Origin: Adineta vaga | Lineage: Eukaryota > Animalia > Rotifera | NCBI GenBank assembly: GCA_021613535.1 | Contig: CP075494.1 | Coordinates: forward strand, 7,006,001 to 7,070,000 | Direction of reading: 5' to 3' | DNA: 64,000 nucleotides | Shown: positions 25,901 through 40,100 of the stretch, in pieces | How the letters are laid out: the number at the start of each line of letters is the position of its first letter | Position numbering within the stretch: position 1 is the first letter of the stretch | Notes under the pieces: model-generated | Database searches by the model: none | Told to the model about the DNA's origin: nothing | The model's input: only the letters and a program-made list of their open reading frames with translations | Position numbers and translations under genes: made by a program

Positions 25901-26405
25901 GGTACAAAACGTGTACAGAAAACTTGTGATATGGATGATAATGATGATATTCTACCTATGGATAATGGACAATTTTCATCGAATATCAGTTATGTTCAAC
26001 AAACACAAAGAAAAACAAATCAATTGCCACAGGTAAATATCTCAATTAGGTTTTTTACTTTGTGTAAATGAGTTTCTATCGAAAATATTGACTATCAAAA
26101 TTTTCTCCTATTTTTAGAGTAATAGCCTTGAAATGAATCGAAATCGGCACAATTATCCGGATTCCTATATCAATGGTCTCTCATCCAATCGAATTCTAAA
26201 ATCGAATAATCCTCCTATATCAACTGCTCTACCATCAACATTTCAACCAAATGCTCTCAAGCGGCAACAATCATTTGGTTATGACAAAAATACTGTCACT
26301 CAACGTACACCTGATTCAACTGCAAATACTCGTGGCTCGGTTAAAGGTTCAAATAATCAGTCATCAAAACGTTTATCAAATATTGAACAACAAAAACGTC
26401 TTTAA
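22999..26405 (+). CDS. OTUD7B: OTU deubiquitinase, A20-like subfamily (OTUD7/Cezanne-like)
   Basis: RLNWW...[80 protein letters not shown]; catalytic Cys and His intact. Confidence 0.9.
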
Positions 26406-27273
26406 ACAATACTCACCGGTGATATTCCATTCCATGGAATAATCGATTTTAATAGCACATAGAACAAAATAAAAATAGAAACAAATCAATATATAAACAG
26501 TTCTTTGTTAACAGTGTGCTTCTTGTCTTTCTTTGTTCTGTTGTTTCTCAGTTGTTTTTGCTTCTCGTTTTTCTTTTTGTTAAAGACATTCGTTTACAGT
26601 ACCTTTTTAATGTTTTATTTGTGTTTATTATTATTATTATTATTTCAATGTCGAGTTTTAATAAGTGAGATAGGTGCTGATCAGAACACAAATATAATCT
26701 CTGAACGATATTCGTTCAGTAGAAGTTTTCATTTATCTCCTTAATTTTCTGAAATATGTACATAAATTGTTTTGTGGTTATCTCAATAAAATCCTTTTTC
26801 TTTGCCACAAATTTGCAAAACAGAAAATACCCAAGTGCAAAAGTACTCGTTCGTTTATTTTATAAAAACAACACACATGAATATCGTAAGAAGATTTTTG
26901 TTATTTTCTTTGATTTGTTTCTAACAACATTCTTTTTTTTTAATTTTCTCAAAACTTCACAACGAGACATGTCAAACAATGAGTTAAATAAATTGCTTTT
27001 GTTGAGTAGTATTTCACGTATACATTTTGAATTTCACAAAAGTTCATCTAAAAAACGGACATTTATTTAACTGGTGATTATCAGTTGGATTTGGTTGACT
27101 TCTTCCATGAATCATCTATGTTCGCTGTGTGAAAAGTAAATTCGACATTAGGAAATGCATGATGACTCACGACTTATTAATATAAATATTACGAAATTTC
27201 TCTATATGTGGTATAAAAACTGAGATTAAAATGAATGACAAGTGTTACAGTAATTATAGATTAGTTTTTCTTG

Positions 27274-28368
27274 ATGGCTAGATTATTAGTTTATCCTGAG
27301 ACATTACAGTTTCGAGAAGTAATAAGTTATGTCGCTCGTTATATGCGTTGTACGATTGATGATGATAACGATCAATTGCCTACTCTAAAATTTATTGGAA
27401 CAGTAAAATTGCATGGTTGTAATACGGCAATTGTTTATCAGAAAGATATTGGTTACTGGTGTCAATCTCGCAAACATGTTCTTACGTTGACGAACGATCA
27501 TGCTGATTTTGCTCAACATATGAATTCATTAGCAGAGACTTTCCTTACCGACTATGTATTCTCTGAATGTCCAGTTATTCGCGAATATTACGAACAAGGA
27601 AGTACTATCGCTATCTACGGAGAATGGTGTGGTGGTGATATTCAAGGTCAAGCGAACATCGCTATTCGAAATCTACCGAAGATGTTTGCCATTTTTCGAA
27701 TAAAAATTCTTAATAAGAAAAAAGTGCCAAAGACATCTTTTCGTTCCGATCAACGTGAATTTTGGCTTCCTTCACAATACTGGGAAAATATCAAATGGCA
27801 TGAACGCTCGATTTATAATGTCTTCGATTTTCCTGCATATAGTATTGATATTGATTTCAAAGCTCCTGAATTATCACAAAAAACGTTAATACAAATCACC
27901 AATAAAATTGAACAACAATGTCCTGTTGGTGCTTATTTCAATCGGATCGGTTGTGGTGAAGGTGTCGTATGGATTGAATGGAATCAATCACATGGCAATC
28001 TAGCATTTAAAGTTAAAGGTCGAGAATATTCAGTCATCAACACTTCAATACTAGTGCCCATGCAACCTCCAATACTGAATGGAATTCAAGAATTTGTTGA
28101 TTATGCTTGTACTAAGAATAGAATGCAACAAGTGTTTAATTCTGTACTCGAAGAACTTGAGTCAATGATTGACATCAAAGATTTCAGTACATTTCTACGA
28201 TGGCTTGCAGAAGATATTATCAAAGAAGAAAAAGATACAATGAATGCTGCATATATTGATGCAAAGGATGTCGTTCGTGGAATAACGAGTAAGGCAGAAA
28301 TATGGTTCAATCAACAATTGAAAGAATATCGAAAGGAAAAAACATTACGAAAAAAATTTTGCAAATAA
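27274..28368 (+). CDS. ATP-dependent RNA ligase, Rnl2-like family (candidate horizontally acquired gene)
   Basis: Nucleotidyltransferase motifs in order: I TVKLHGCN, Ia QSRK, III IYGEWCG, IIIa FAIF, IV GEGVVW, V FKVKG, then a helical C-terminal domain; intronless. Confidence 0.82.
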   Translation: MARLLVYPETLQFREVISYVARYMRCTIDDDNDQLPTLKFIGTVKLHGCNTAIVYQKDIGYWCQSRKHVLTLTNDHADFAQHMNSLAETFLTDYVFSECPVIREYYEQGSTIAIYGEWCGGDIQGQANIAIRNLPKMFAIFRIKILNKKKVPKTSFRSDQREFWLPSQYWENIKWHERSIYNVFDFPAYSIDIDFKAPELSQKTLIQITNKIEQQCPVGAYFNRIGCGEGVVWIEWNQSHGNLAFKVKGREYSVINTSILVPMQPPILNGIQEFVDYACTKNRMQQVFNSVLEELESMIDIKDFSTFLRWLAEDIIKEEKDTMNAAYIDAKDVVRGITSKAEIWFNQQLKEYRKEKTLRKKFCK

Positions 28369-28600
28369 ATAACAGAATTATAATTTCACCGAAATCTTCT
28401 ATTTTCCACTGTCATTCTTGTTATTTGGCCTAGACGTAGGTATTATATCTTTTATCAACTTATTTACATCCTAGTGTAAATCATAAAGAAAAAAATTATG
28501 AAGTAAATACAGATAACTCACCACAACCATGCTATTATCAGATAAAAGAAATAAAAACATAACTAAGTGAATCAATATCTTCGTCATTTCGTTAGAAAAA

Positions 28601-30044
28601 ATGAAAATTTCTAATGAAAATAATTTCGAGACAACACTAGTTGAATACGGTAATCAATTGAAAGCAATTAATCGTATGCAAGATGATGATTTACCTAGTT
28701 TTGAACGTAAGATATATCAACGATTTGAATTTAATATCGAACAGATAAAACTTCTACAACTACAATGGTATGATATTGACTCTGGCAAGTATATCGATTT
28801 GGATAGCGAAACATGGCTTATATTCGCTAAAACAGAACAGGCTAATGAACATAATGTCACTACAAGATCACAAAGACATTTGAGATTAGTACATAAACAA
28901 TTAGTTCAAAGGTATCAAAATACAGTTGGTTAGTTTTTCAAAATTATTTTATAAGGTATATCAGATATATATATATATATATATCTATTCAGATCAAGAA
29001 CAAATAAGAATCCATAATGTGCAAAATGATTCACCCTTGTCATTGAATGATACATATACAATCGTAGAAAACATGGCAGTACATCAAACAAGTGGAATTA
29101 CTGAATATAAAATCGGTTCACAAATAGACCATATGAATCAATCTATACATACAGATTGGGTATTAAATGCTCTCGGTAAGTAGTCTAAATATATGCTTAA
29201 TTGAGATAGATGACAAATAAAATTGTTCGAAGGTTGGCTATTACCATTGATTGCAGTTATAGCATTTGTTGGTGATGGTGTTTGGATTTTATGTGCTTAC
29301 GATTCAAATAGTAAAGAGCAACATAATTATGCTGGATTAGTTTCAACAATATTAATTCTCTTCTATTATCTACAATATGATGTTAAAATTGGTACTACAC
29401 ATCCCAAACTTTATCTTATTTATCAATCGAGTATTTTAGCTGGTATTCTAACTGGTGACATACTCTATGCTTATTACTATGGAAATTTTGTAAAGAATAC
29501 ATTTATGATGATTATTTTTATTGTATATGCTATCATTGATAGTGGATATGTTATTATTGTTGCTTATTTCAAATGGTATCGTCAATATCGTGTTAGTATG
29601 GGATTAAGTATTCATAGTTTATTTCATTTAATGTCAAGATTAGAAGTTTTATTAATTATTTTAATACCCATATTTTCTACCTATGATGTTATAAGTACTA
29701 ATTCTATAGCATTTTTTATTCTTTATGAATTTTTTTCACATTCATATCATAATCCTGATTTAATCTATTCTGGTTGTTCTCGATTAGCATTTTGGTTATT
29801 GATCATTTTAGCAACAACAACTGTTATTTGTGAAAATTTTGAATTTGTCTATTCTCGTCTTCAACAAGATACACATGATCCATCTCTGGAAAAGCATTAT
29901 TATAATCTTGCACTTGCATTTCAATATGCTAGTAATATTTCCGAACTTTGTGCATCGATAGCATGTTATGTTTTATTATTATTACAATTTTTCTCCAAAA
30001 CTGATAAACGAAAAAGAATGGAAGAGGAAACTCGTGAAATATAA
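28601..30044 (+). CDS. Uncharacterised multi-pass membrane protein with a soluble N-terminal domain
   Basis: Three ORFs joined by phase-1 GT-AG introns (about 28929-28992 and 29176-29232); about 7-8 hydrophobic helices in the last exon. Confidence 0.6.
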
Positions 30045-31113
30045 GTCAACTAGATCAAAATGTTGTTTTTTCTTAATATTTTACTTCATTATAAACGAAA
30101 ATAAATTAAGATCTGTTTCTTCCATCTTACTTGTATTTATTAGTTATTGCTGTTTCTAGTCCAGATAAAAACACAAGTATGAATAAACATTCAAAAAAGA
30201 AAAATATGATTTTTTGTAAGATATTCGATAATGTCATGGCTTTAAACTACAAGTGCTGATACAAGGCAGAGAATTCCACATAAATAATAAGACATTCTTA
30301 TCTTATAATATAACAAGATAAACGACGTGAGTGAGTTTCTCATTTCCCTGCATATATACTATTCAGTATTCTTATTTTTCTCGAGAAATTTCTTGATAAA
30401 TAAGAACATCTTGAAACTAGAGCAAAATGAGGAACATACCATTATATATCTGCAAAATAACCCTTTTCCGAAAACATTGGTAAATTTTATTTAGTGAAAA
30501 ACAAATAAAAAAAGACTTGGCACTTGGTATATAGATTTTACGAACGGCAAAAATAATCAATAAATTTTTAATAAGAATATTTTTCATCAGCACGAAGAAC
30601 ATTTGAATTCTTTTGTATATTCGGCAAAATATAAGATGTATGTCATTAAATTGTGTTGGTCAAAGCATTAGAAACATAATTAAAAATTATCCTATTCAAG
30701 GAATGATTATATTTAAATTCCTAGTAACAGTCAAAATCTCGTCAGATATGTTACTTGTAATTTGATGTTGTACTTTAAATGACGATTAAAATCGTCTAAA
30801 GGAAAAGATAGAAATCTAGCAGAGTCATTCATATTTTTGAATAATTGTTGATTTAGTATTGATTTAACGTTGTCTGGAGAAAGTTGCATTAAAAAATGTT
30901 GACTTAATTAATTGTGATCGTTCTTATTTGTTGATCAGGTTCTTATAAATGCACGTTAAAAATAGGAAAATTCTAATTGAATAAATATTCGGAGAGCAAT
31001 GGGTATATACATATATATAATGAAGTGAAGAATGAAATCGATACAAGTATTTTGTGAAATTGCTCCTATTCGAGAAGTTCAACACAAAGAAGTATTTGAT
31101 TATCATTTTTACA

Positions 31114-34100
31114 ATGGCATTCAGATGTGTTTTGAGTACATGGCTACTCTTGATGATTATCAGACAAGTTGCAGGTGAATATATCATTTGGTTCTTTTGA
31201 AACTGAGTCTTACGCTGTGTACTAGTCAATATTGTTCTAACTTCATTAATCTAATATGTTAAAATACTGACGATGTCATCTCTAGAGAAGGCCATTATTA
31301 AAGACTACAATGCCTGAATGACTATCGTTTCAGTATGATTAAGTTTATGTTTACCTTATCTTATAGGACATTCCCACAATCGACCTAGATTTTACCACAT
31401 AGACATTTTTTTAAAGAAAAATTTCTTTATTAAATTTCATCTTTCATATTGTAGTTCTTTCGTACAATCAACCAAAGTTTTGTCGAAATGCAACGTGGGC
31501 TAAAAATGCTAGCACTTTTGCAAATAAAAGTACAGTGGGTTCAGATCCCACTGACATGTTCATAGATATCGATAATACAATTTATCTTGTCGATAAATCA
31601 AATTCTCATGTTCTAATATGGTTTAATAATAGCAATAATCTAACTCAAACACTTTCTAATGGTCTGGATGACTTAACTTCTATTTTCGTTGCAGCAAATA
31701 ACGAGATCTATATATATAATAATTATCAATGGAATTATAGAGTGGAAAAATGGAACATGAGTGCTAACATGGGTATCCCTGTCATGTATATTGACGAGGC
31801 CTGTTCTGGTCTTTTTGTTGATATTGGCAATACTCTTTACTGTTCAATGTATAATCGTGATCAAGTTGTTAAAAGATGGTTGAATGATAATTCGAATAAG
31901 ACGACCATTGCTGCTGGTACGGGAAATTCAGGAAGTGCTTTGAATCAACTAGATAGTCCTCGTCGAATTTTTGTTGATACTAATTTTGATCTTTATGTGG
32001 CAGATAGTGGCAACGATCGAATTCAACTCTTCCGTTTGGGACAATTAAATGGAACTACAGTTGCTGGAAGTGGATCTGTCAATGTTACTATTGCACTCAG
32101 TAGACCGTGGAGCGTTATTCTAGATGCTGATAAATATTTGTTCATTACCGATCGTTCCAACAATCGTATTATTGGATCAGGACCGAACGGTTTTCGATGC
32201 ATAGTTGGGTGTTCCGGTACATCTGGTTCAACATCGAATACATTGAGTGATCCGAAATCGCTTAGTTTCGATTCTAATGGAAATATATTTGTACTGGATA
32301 CCGGAAACAATCGAATACAAAAATTTAATTTATTGACGAATTCTTGTGGTAAGTGTTAATTTTTTCAGTTTCTCTCCTCGAACGAAAGTTTTCAGTTTCA
32401 TGAATTTTCTACAAAATAACGAATGCTCATAAACTCATTCAGATGATTGTAGATTTTTTTCATTACAACAGTTCTATAATTATCTTCAGAAAACTTTCAT
32501 CTGATTGGACAAAAACACCAATATGAACTATGTTATTTATGTCCATTAGACTAGTTAATGAGTTTAATTGATTTTATCACTTTGACAAAGTTTTTCTTTT
32601 GATGCAGATATAATAACGTCAACAATATCACCAACAGCATCAATAATGTTATCAACAACAAATACTTCAGATACAACAGACATTTTAAAAGGTTTGTTAA
32701 TGAGTCATTATTTCCGATATAATTAAACGATATTTGTAGAACAAACAACATCGATCGAGAATATGACACCAGTTACTTCGTTGATATCAACAGAGCAAGT
32801 AACAACAACGAACACACCAATCATTAACCAGAGTAAGCATTTTTTTAAAAACAAAATATATCATCTTCGAATGCTGAATATTTAAGCTTGTTTTTCGCCC
32901 ACTATCACTCTTATTCCTGGTTCATCAACACTATCATCACCACTTCAATTCCGTCGAAGTCAAGATTTTAATATAGTTTCAATTATTACATTAAATTGTA
33001 ATACTTCCTTGTCGATGCTTACACAATGGACAATTAAAAATTGTACTTTTGTTTGTTCATATCAAATACAATTAGATTCAACAATAATAACAACACTAAG
33101 TGAACTATATATACCAGGACGAACATTAGAATATGGTTTATATGAATTAAAATTAACAGTAACAATAATGAATATGCCAAGTTTAACGTCATCATCATCT
33201 GTTTTCGTACAAATTAATCCATCTGGTATAACAGCAAATCTAATACCATATAGTACATCAATGGTTACACGCGGTACACAACAAGATCTTCAGCTCAATC
33301 CTGGAAGTTATTCAGTAGATTATGATGAGAGTCAGTTCAATGCTACGGTAAAATTGAATCAACATTTTCTCGATTTATTTTTTGTTCTTTCTCATTGATT
33401 AGAATTGGAAATATAAATATTATTGTCGGATTTATGGTTTATATATGTTTCCAAATGTACAAGGCATGTTATTAACGATTGATGATGTGAGAAATGATTC
33501 ATCAAATCCATCATGTTTATCCAATCGAACAGGATGGCAGTTTGAGAATTCTGTACATTCATCTATTACACTACTTCCAGGCACACTTGCATCCAATCGA
33601 ACGTATCAATTTATGGTTCAAATGGAAAATCGCCGTAATTCTTCACTTCAAGCTACCGGTTATATCCTTGTTAATGTCGAAGATACACGTCCACAAATGA
33701 TTCTAATCGGGTAAATTTTACACACTTTTGATTTATATAGTTAAGAAACTTTCTTTTACTTAGGTGTGTAATTTGGACATTATGTGTTCCAAATCTTGAA
33801 TTTCAACTTGTTAATCCAACGACACAAGTAGCATTGTTTTCAGTTTGTGCTGGAAATTGCATAACAAATCAAAATATTACATGGAATGTTTACTACGGTG
33901 CATTGAATTCATCTTCAAATACCACTAAATGGACTTTGTTCAATCAAATAAATGCATATCGAGATATTTGGTTTTTTGGTATTACATTATCTTTCCTATA
34001 ATAAAAGATTCAATTGAGTTATTTAGGTATGAATACAAGTAATTTTACTTCTACAAATCAATTGTTCTTATCGAATCCACATATTAATCTTTGGCGATTT

Positions 34101-37100
34101 GAAGTTGTTTATACATTTTCGTATGAAACAAGTTTAAGTTCATTGAATTTTGTAATTAATAAACCACCCTACAATGGTTCCTGTTCAATTTATCCTCTCA
34201 ATGGCACAACAACTACTCCATTTGATATTTCATGTTTAAATTGGTTTGATGAAGATGGAATTAAAGACTATACGATATCTGGTAAGTTATTCATATCTGA
34301 TCTACATTTGAGAACAGAACATCTTTTCTTTATAGTTTGGACAGATGATCCATCGCAAAGAATTACTATTGCTTTTTCATCCATATCGACCTTTCAAGTT
34401 CGATTACCAGCTGGAGATAATCAAACATCATCAGTTCATTTGTTCGTTCAGATTCGAGATACTTTAGATTGTATTACCGAATTAAATATTTCATCTGTAA
34501 TCGTAATATCCGACACGGAAGGAATTACTAATTTAATTAATGATATTCAAAGTGTATCGAATGCAACCACAACAAACCCATTACTTCAAATTCTGGCAAG
34601 TGGAAATCAAAATGTAGTCGGACAATTGATTACATCACTCTCACAAGAGTTCAACAAAATGAATGAAGCAAATCTTGATAAAGCTTTATCAAGTACATCT
34701 CAAACTATTCTAATCAGTAATAAGTAATGATCTTTCTTTTTTCTCTACAGATGGTATTCCAGCTGCCAGTATTTCAATCTCACCATTGGGAATCAAAGAT
34801 TCACAACAGGTTGTTTGAATTCATCTATGTATTCTCTTAGAATTGTTTTACTCTTTCATTTACATAGTTTTCGATCCCATTTAATGAATCAGCATTAATT
34901 GAATTTAATAAAGAAGTCAATTCTCAAGCAAACATTCGAGAATATCTAATGAAATTTACAACAAAACTTTTAATAACTACATCGAGTAGTATTAAATTAC
35001 AAGCAACATCATTAGCTCAATTGACAAAAGCAACAAATCAATTAACAAGAACAACTTTAGTTAGATTAATTGTCTTACATTTTCAGTCTTTCTTTTTAAA
35101 AATACTAATATTTTAGATGGCAATATCTGATCGATGTTATCAATTAACACTTGCTTTGTATTCATGGAAAACAAGAATTTCATTTGAAGAAGTTCAAACA
35201 AGCGCAACTCAACTGATTCAGTGTGTTGCGAATGTTTTAAGTGTAAGAAAATTCTCTTTAGATATTTTCAACAATCGAGAATCTTTTTTGAAAATCTTTA
35301 GGCTGCGAATGGACCAATACAAGAAAGAACACTTGTATTAAATAGAGATGTGTCACAAGCTACAACATTTCCTGCTGATTATGACACGAACCTTGAATCA
35401 GAATGGTCTAATCCAAGTATTATGCCTTTTTAAGACATAATGATACTATACGATCTCATATGTTTAGATTTATTTGCCGATGGTGATGATTTTTCATGGG
35501 AAACGATGCAAAAAAATCGTAACACTTATTATCAGAAACAATTAGCTAATAAAATCATGTATCAAGCGAAGGAAATCATTTCATTATTAAGTTCAATATT
35601 GAATATTCATTTAAATATTGGACAAGATATAGTAATGAATACAACACAAGTATTCATGTCTCTAGAAACAAAATCGTTTGATGCTCTTTTGAATAAATTA
35701 ATTAAGCAAGTGGGAAATGCTCATATTCAACTTCCTCAAACGTTTCAATCTAATATGAGTAATCATTCAAAAATATCTATTCGTGTAAGTCCATTGATAC
35801 TTTTTTTTCTTTCAACTCTTTATGGTGTTGTATATTTATAGTCAACTATGGAACCATTAGCTTCGCATGGTAACACGAAATCACGATTAAATACAAATGT
35901 CTCAGCATCAATCTCACTGTCTATTCTTGATGAAAATGGAAATGAGGTTTCACTTCAAACGGATTCAAATCATCCAATTGAAATCATTATACCTCGTGAT
36001 CCAAATTTCAATATTCCACCAATGATATTACAGAATGTAACATCGGGAAATTTTACTCCCCATAATCATTTATTCGTTTATCATTATTTAAATCTGACAA
36101 GTTCTCTTCCAATTTCTGTACATATTGAAATACAACCATTGAATAAAAGTATTGGTTATTTATTTATTTATAAATTTGATCAAATACCACAATTGAATAG
36201 TTCAACTAATCAAATCGATGGATGGACACTTTTTTGTCCTTCAAGTAAATCTTCTTCATTATTTCAAAGAATTTCAATTATCATTCTTTAATTTGATATA
36301 GATTTGCAAAATGAAAGTATCTACACGTATTTTATTGATAATCAACGTACAGTAGATCATCAAGCTGTTATATTAGGTATGCGAGAATTGAATTCAACAG
36401 AAATGAATTTTGCATGTTCGAACTCATCGACCGCATATCTTCCTATAACCGATAAAAGATTTAATTTCATATCGGATTATCAGTTAAGAATTTATACATC
36501 GGGTTGTTATTATCTTGATAAAAATAATCAATGGAAATCAGATGGATTGAGAGTAAGTATCGATTTCTTGACTAACTGAAAACAAAGTGTCTCTTAAGGT
36601 TGGTTCATTGACAAATCATCACGAAACTCAATGTTTTTCTACTCATCTGACAAGTTTTGCAAATGGTTTTACTGTTCTTCCAGAAACAATTAATTGGAAA
36701 TATGTCTTTGCCAATGCTGATTTTATGAGAAATAAAACTATTTATTTAACAGTCATTTGTATATTTATTATTTACATTCTTCTAATGATTTATGCCCGTT
36801 TTAAAGATCGGAAAGATCTGGAAAAATTAGGAGTAACACCATTGCCTGATAATCAAAAACCAGATCAGTATCTCTATCAAATTATTGTTTTTACTGGTCA
36901 ACGAAAAAATGCAGGCACAAAATCTAATGTAAGATAGATAGAAAAACGAACTACTTTTCTGTACACTCGTCGTCATTCATAGGTCTATTTTGTTCTACAT
37001 GGTGATAAAGATGAAACCGATGTTCGACGACTAGCTGATCCTCATCGGTTAATTTTACAACGTGGTAGTATCGATGCATTTATTATGAGTGTTCCAAAGT

Positions 37101-40100
37101 AAAATTTCGTCGAAAAGGATAAGAGAGATGATGAATGTTGTAATTTAGATCTTTAGGATTATTTAATTGTATTCGTATTTGGCACGACAATAGTGGAAAA
37201 GGTTCACCATCATGGTTTTTGAAATATGTAATTATTCGTGATTTACAAACAATGGAAAAATCACATTTTATTTGTCAACGATGGTTTGCAGTCGAAAAAG
37301 ATGATGGAAAAGTAAGTCAAGATTATTTTTCGTCTTCGGCGATGTTTCGTAATGAATTAGATCGAACGTGTCTTACCGGTTGCGGGTGAAATTGAAAAAC
37401 GTCAATTTTCTTATATTTTAACAAAACGTGCATATCACAGCAATTTCCGATGGTCATCTCTGGTTTTCAATCTTTTCTCGTCCACCATCGAATCAATTTA
37501 CTCGTGTACAACGATGTACATGTTGTTTTGTTCTATTATTTACTTCAATGTTTTTAAACATTATGTATTATGATCTATCGAATGAAACGAATACTGCTCA
37601 AATATCTTTGGGATTATTCTATATTACTACTCAGCAGGTACGATGAATTGCTCCATTTGTTTATTTCTCTTGTATTTTTGTATATAATTATAAGATTGTG
37701 ATTGGTATTATCATTGAATTCTTTGCTTTGATTCCAAGTTTGTTACTGATACAATTATTTCGACGTCTTCGATCTCGACAGAAATCGATTTCACCATTAC
37801 ATCAAGCTTTATATAAAATTGAACCAAATATACAGATGTATGCTAGTTGTACAATGAAATTGAATTATCCTTTTGTCATTTTTCTAGAGCAAACAATGAC
37901 AAGAAAGATAAGAATATGAGTAGATCTTCGTTAACATTTCCCTGGTGGTGGATATTTATTACATATGGACTTTGTATCATGTTATTGGCTGTTTCAATTC
38001 TATTTATCATTGCTCGTGGTATTGAATTTGGTGATTTGAAAACACAAAAATGGCTTACATCAATTTTAAGTGGATTTTTCTCTTCAATTCTTCTCAGTCA
38101 ACCTTTGAAAGTAATTATTACGTTTATTTTATTAAATTGGAACAAAAATATATTTTACTTTGTTAAAGATTATATGTGTAGCTATTTTCTTAGCTTGCTT
38201 TTGTCGAAATTCCAATGATGATAGAGAAGCAACTGAATTTTTGAATAATGATCATGTTGATTTAGATCATGATGAAGAATATCTTCATTCAAACGAGGTT
38301 AGTTTATTCATTTCTGCGAATAAGAAAATGATTGATTAAATAAATATATATATATATAGGAGAAGTATCTATTTTCTTCTCGATCTGCAACGCGTGTCAA
38401 TCGTTTGGATGAAGGTGAAATTAGTTGGGCTCGTCATGAACGTTTGAAAGAGATTCAGATGTGGTCAATCATTCGAGAAACAGCAATTTATTTCTGTTTT
38501 TTATCACTTCTTTGTGTTGTTATCTATGCAAATCATCATTCGAATTCATATTTTCAAGTTCAACATTTACGAAAATATTTCCATAATTCAAGACAATTCG
38601 ATTTAGATTATACAAGAGTTCGTTTTTCATTTCATCTCTACGGATGGATATGTACTATCATAGTTCTTTTTAGATTTCAACCATTCATCAATATTGGAAT
38701 TGGTTAGAACATAGTTTTGTTGATAATATTCGTGCACAACAATGGTATAATGGTCAACCACCTCGAAATCTTAGTGGTTTTTTGAATGATAAATCAAATC
38801 GATTGATTGGTTGGCCAACAATTCGACAAGTTCGTGTAAAATCTACAACATGTAGTTTTCAAAGTTCAATCGTATCTACTTGTACAGATGATTATACTAT
38901 GTTCAATGAAGACAAACAATCCTATCAACCAAGATGGCGAACTAATATTACACAAACATTTACTTCTTCAATTCGTCAATCATTTATATATCAATCAAGT
39001 GATGAATTAAATACATATAGTACAATTGGTGATCACGGAATCTATGCTGGTGGTGGTTATGTTTATGAATTTCGAGGTCGGTTAATAGATCTTCAAAGTA
39101 ATCTATCGGAACTTCATCGACTTGAATGGATCGATAATCGAACACGAGCTGTAATTATTCAAATGACTTTATATAATCCAAATATTGCATTATTTACTGC
39201 AGTAACTTTTCTATTCGAAATTTTATCAACAGGTGGAGTGTATCCAACGACACGATTTGAACCACTGAATATTTCTGGTAAACATAGGAAATCTTTCTAG
39301 TTTTATTAACAAAAATCATTTTTATTTAGCATTTTCTTCAATATTTCAATTGATTTGTTTTATTCTCTACATGATGATAATTATCTATTTTATGTTTATC
39401 GAAATTCGATTTGTATTTGAATTGAAATGGAAATATCTATATCGATTTTGGTCCTATATTGAAGTTGGTATTATTGTATGTTCATGGATAAGTGTTGGAT
39501 TTTATATCTGGCGATATTATCAATTTCAACAAATCGGTGAATCATTCAAAGAGACGAATGGATTTGTTTATATTAATTTACAATTAACAACTTATATCAA
39601 TGATCTGTTGACATATTTATATGGTTTTTGTTGTTTTTTTGGTACAATTAAATGTGTTCATTTGTGTCGTTTTAATCAACGTCTCTGTTTATTTATTCAA
39701 ACTCTTCACTATGCAGCAAGAGAACTTCTTTCTTTTGCAATGATGTTTTCTATCGTATTCCTATCGTTTGTTTCATTATTTTATCTTTTATTTATATCGA
39801 AACTTGGATCTTGTTCGTCATTATTAACCACTTCGCAAATGTTATTTGAAATGACTTTAATGAAGTTTGATGCACATCAATTGAGTGGAGCAGCAGCATT
39901 TTTGGGTCCATTTTGTTTTACTTTATTTATTATCTTCGTGGTATTTATTTGTATGAGTATGTTTCTATCGATTATCAATGAAAATTTTCATCGTGCAAAA
40001 GATAATGTGAATTCTAATAAGCAAATTATATTTTCATTTATGTTCAAACGATTTCTACATTGGACAGGTATTGATATTGATTTAAAATGATATGTATATT

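Noticed and set aside
1572-28368. Apparent RNA-metabolism cluster (TRMT13, XPO5, RNA ligase)
   Set aside because: The genes are interspersed with unrelated ones on both strands; there is no evidence of functional clustering.
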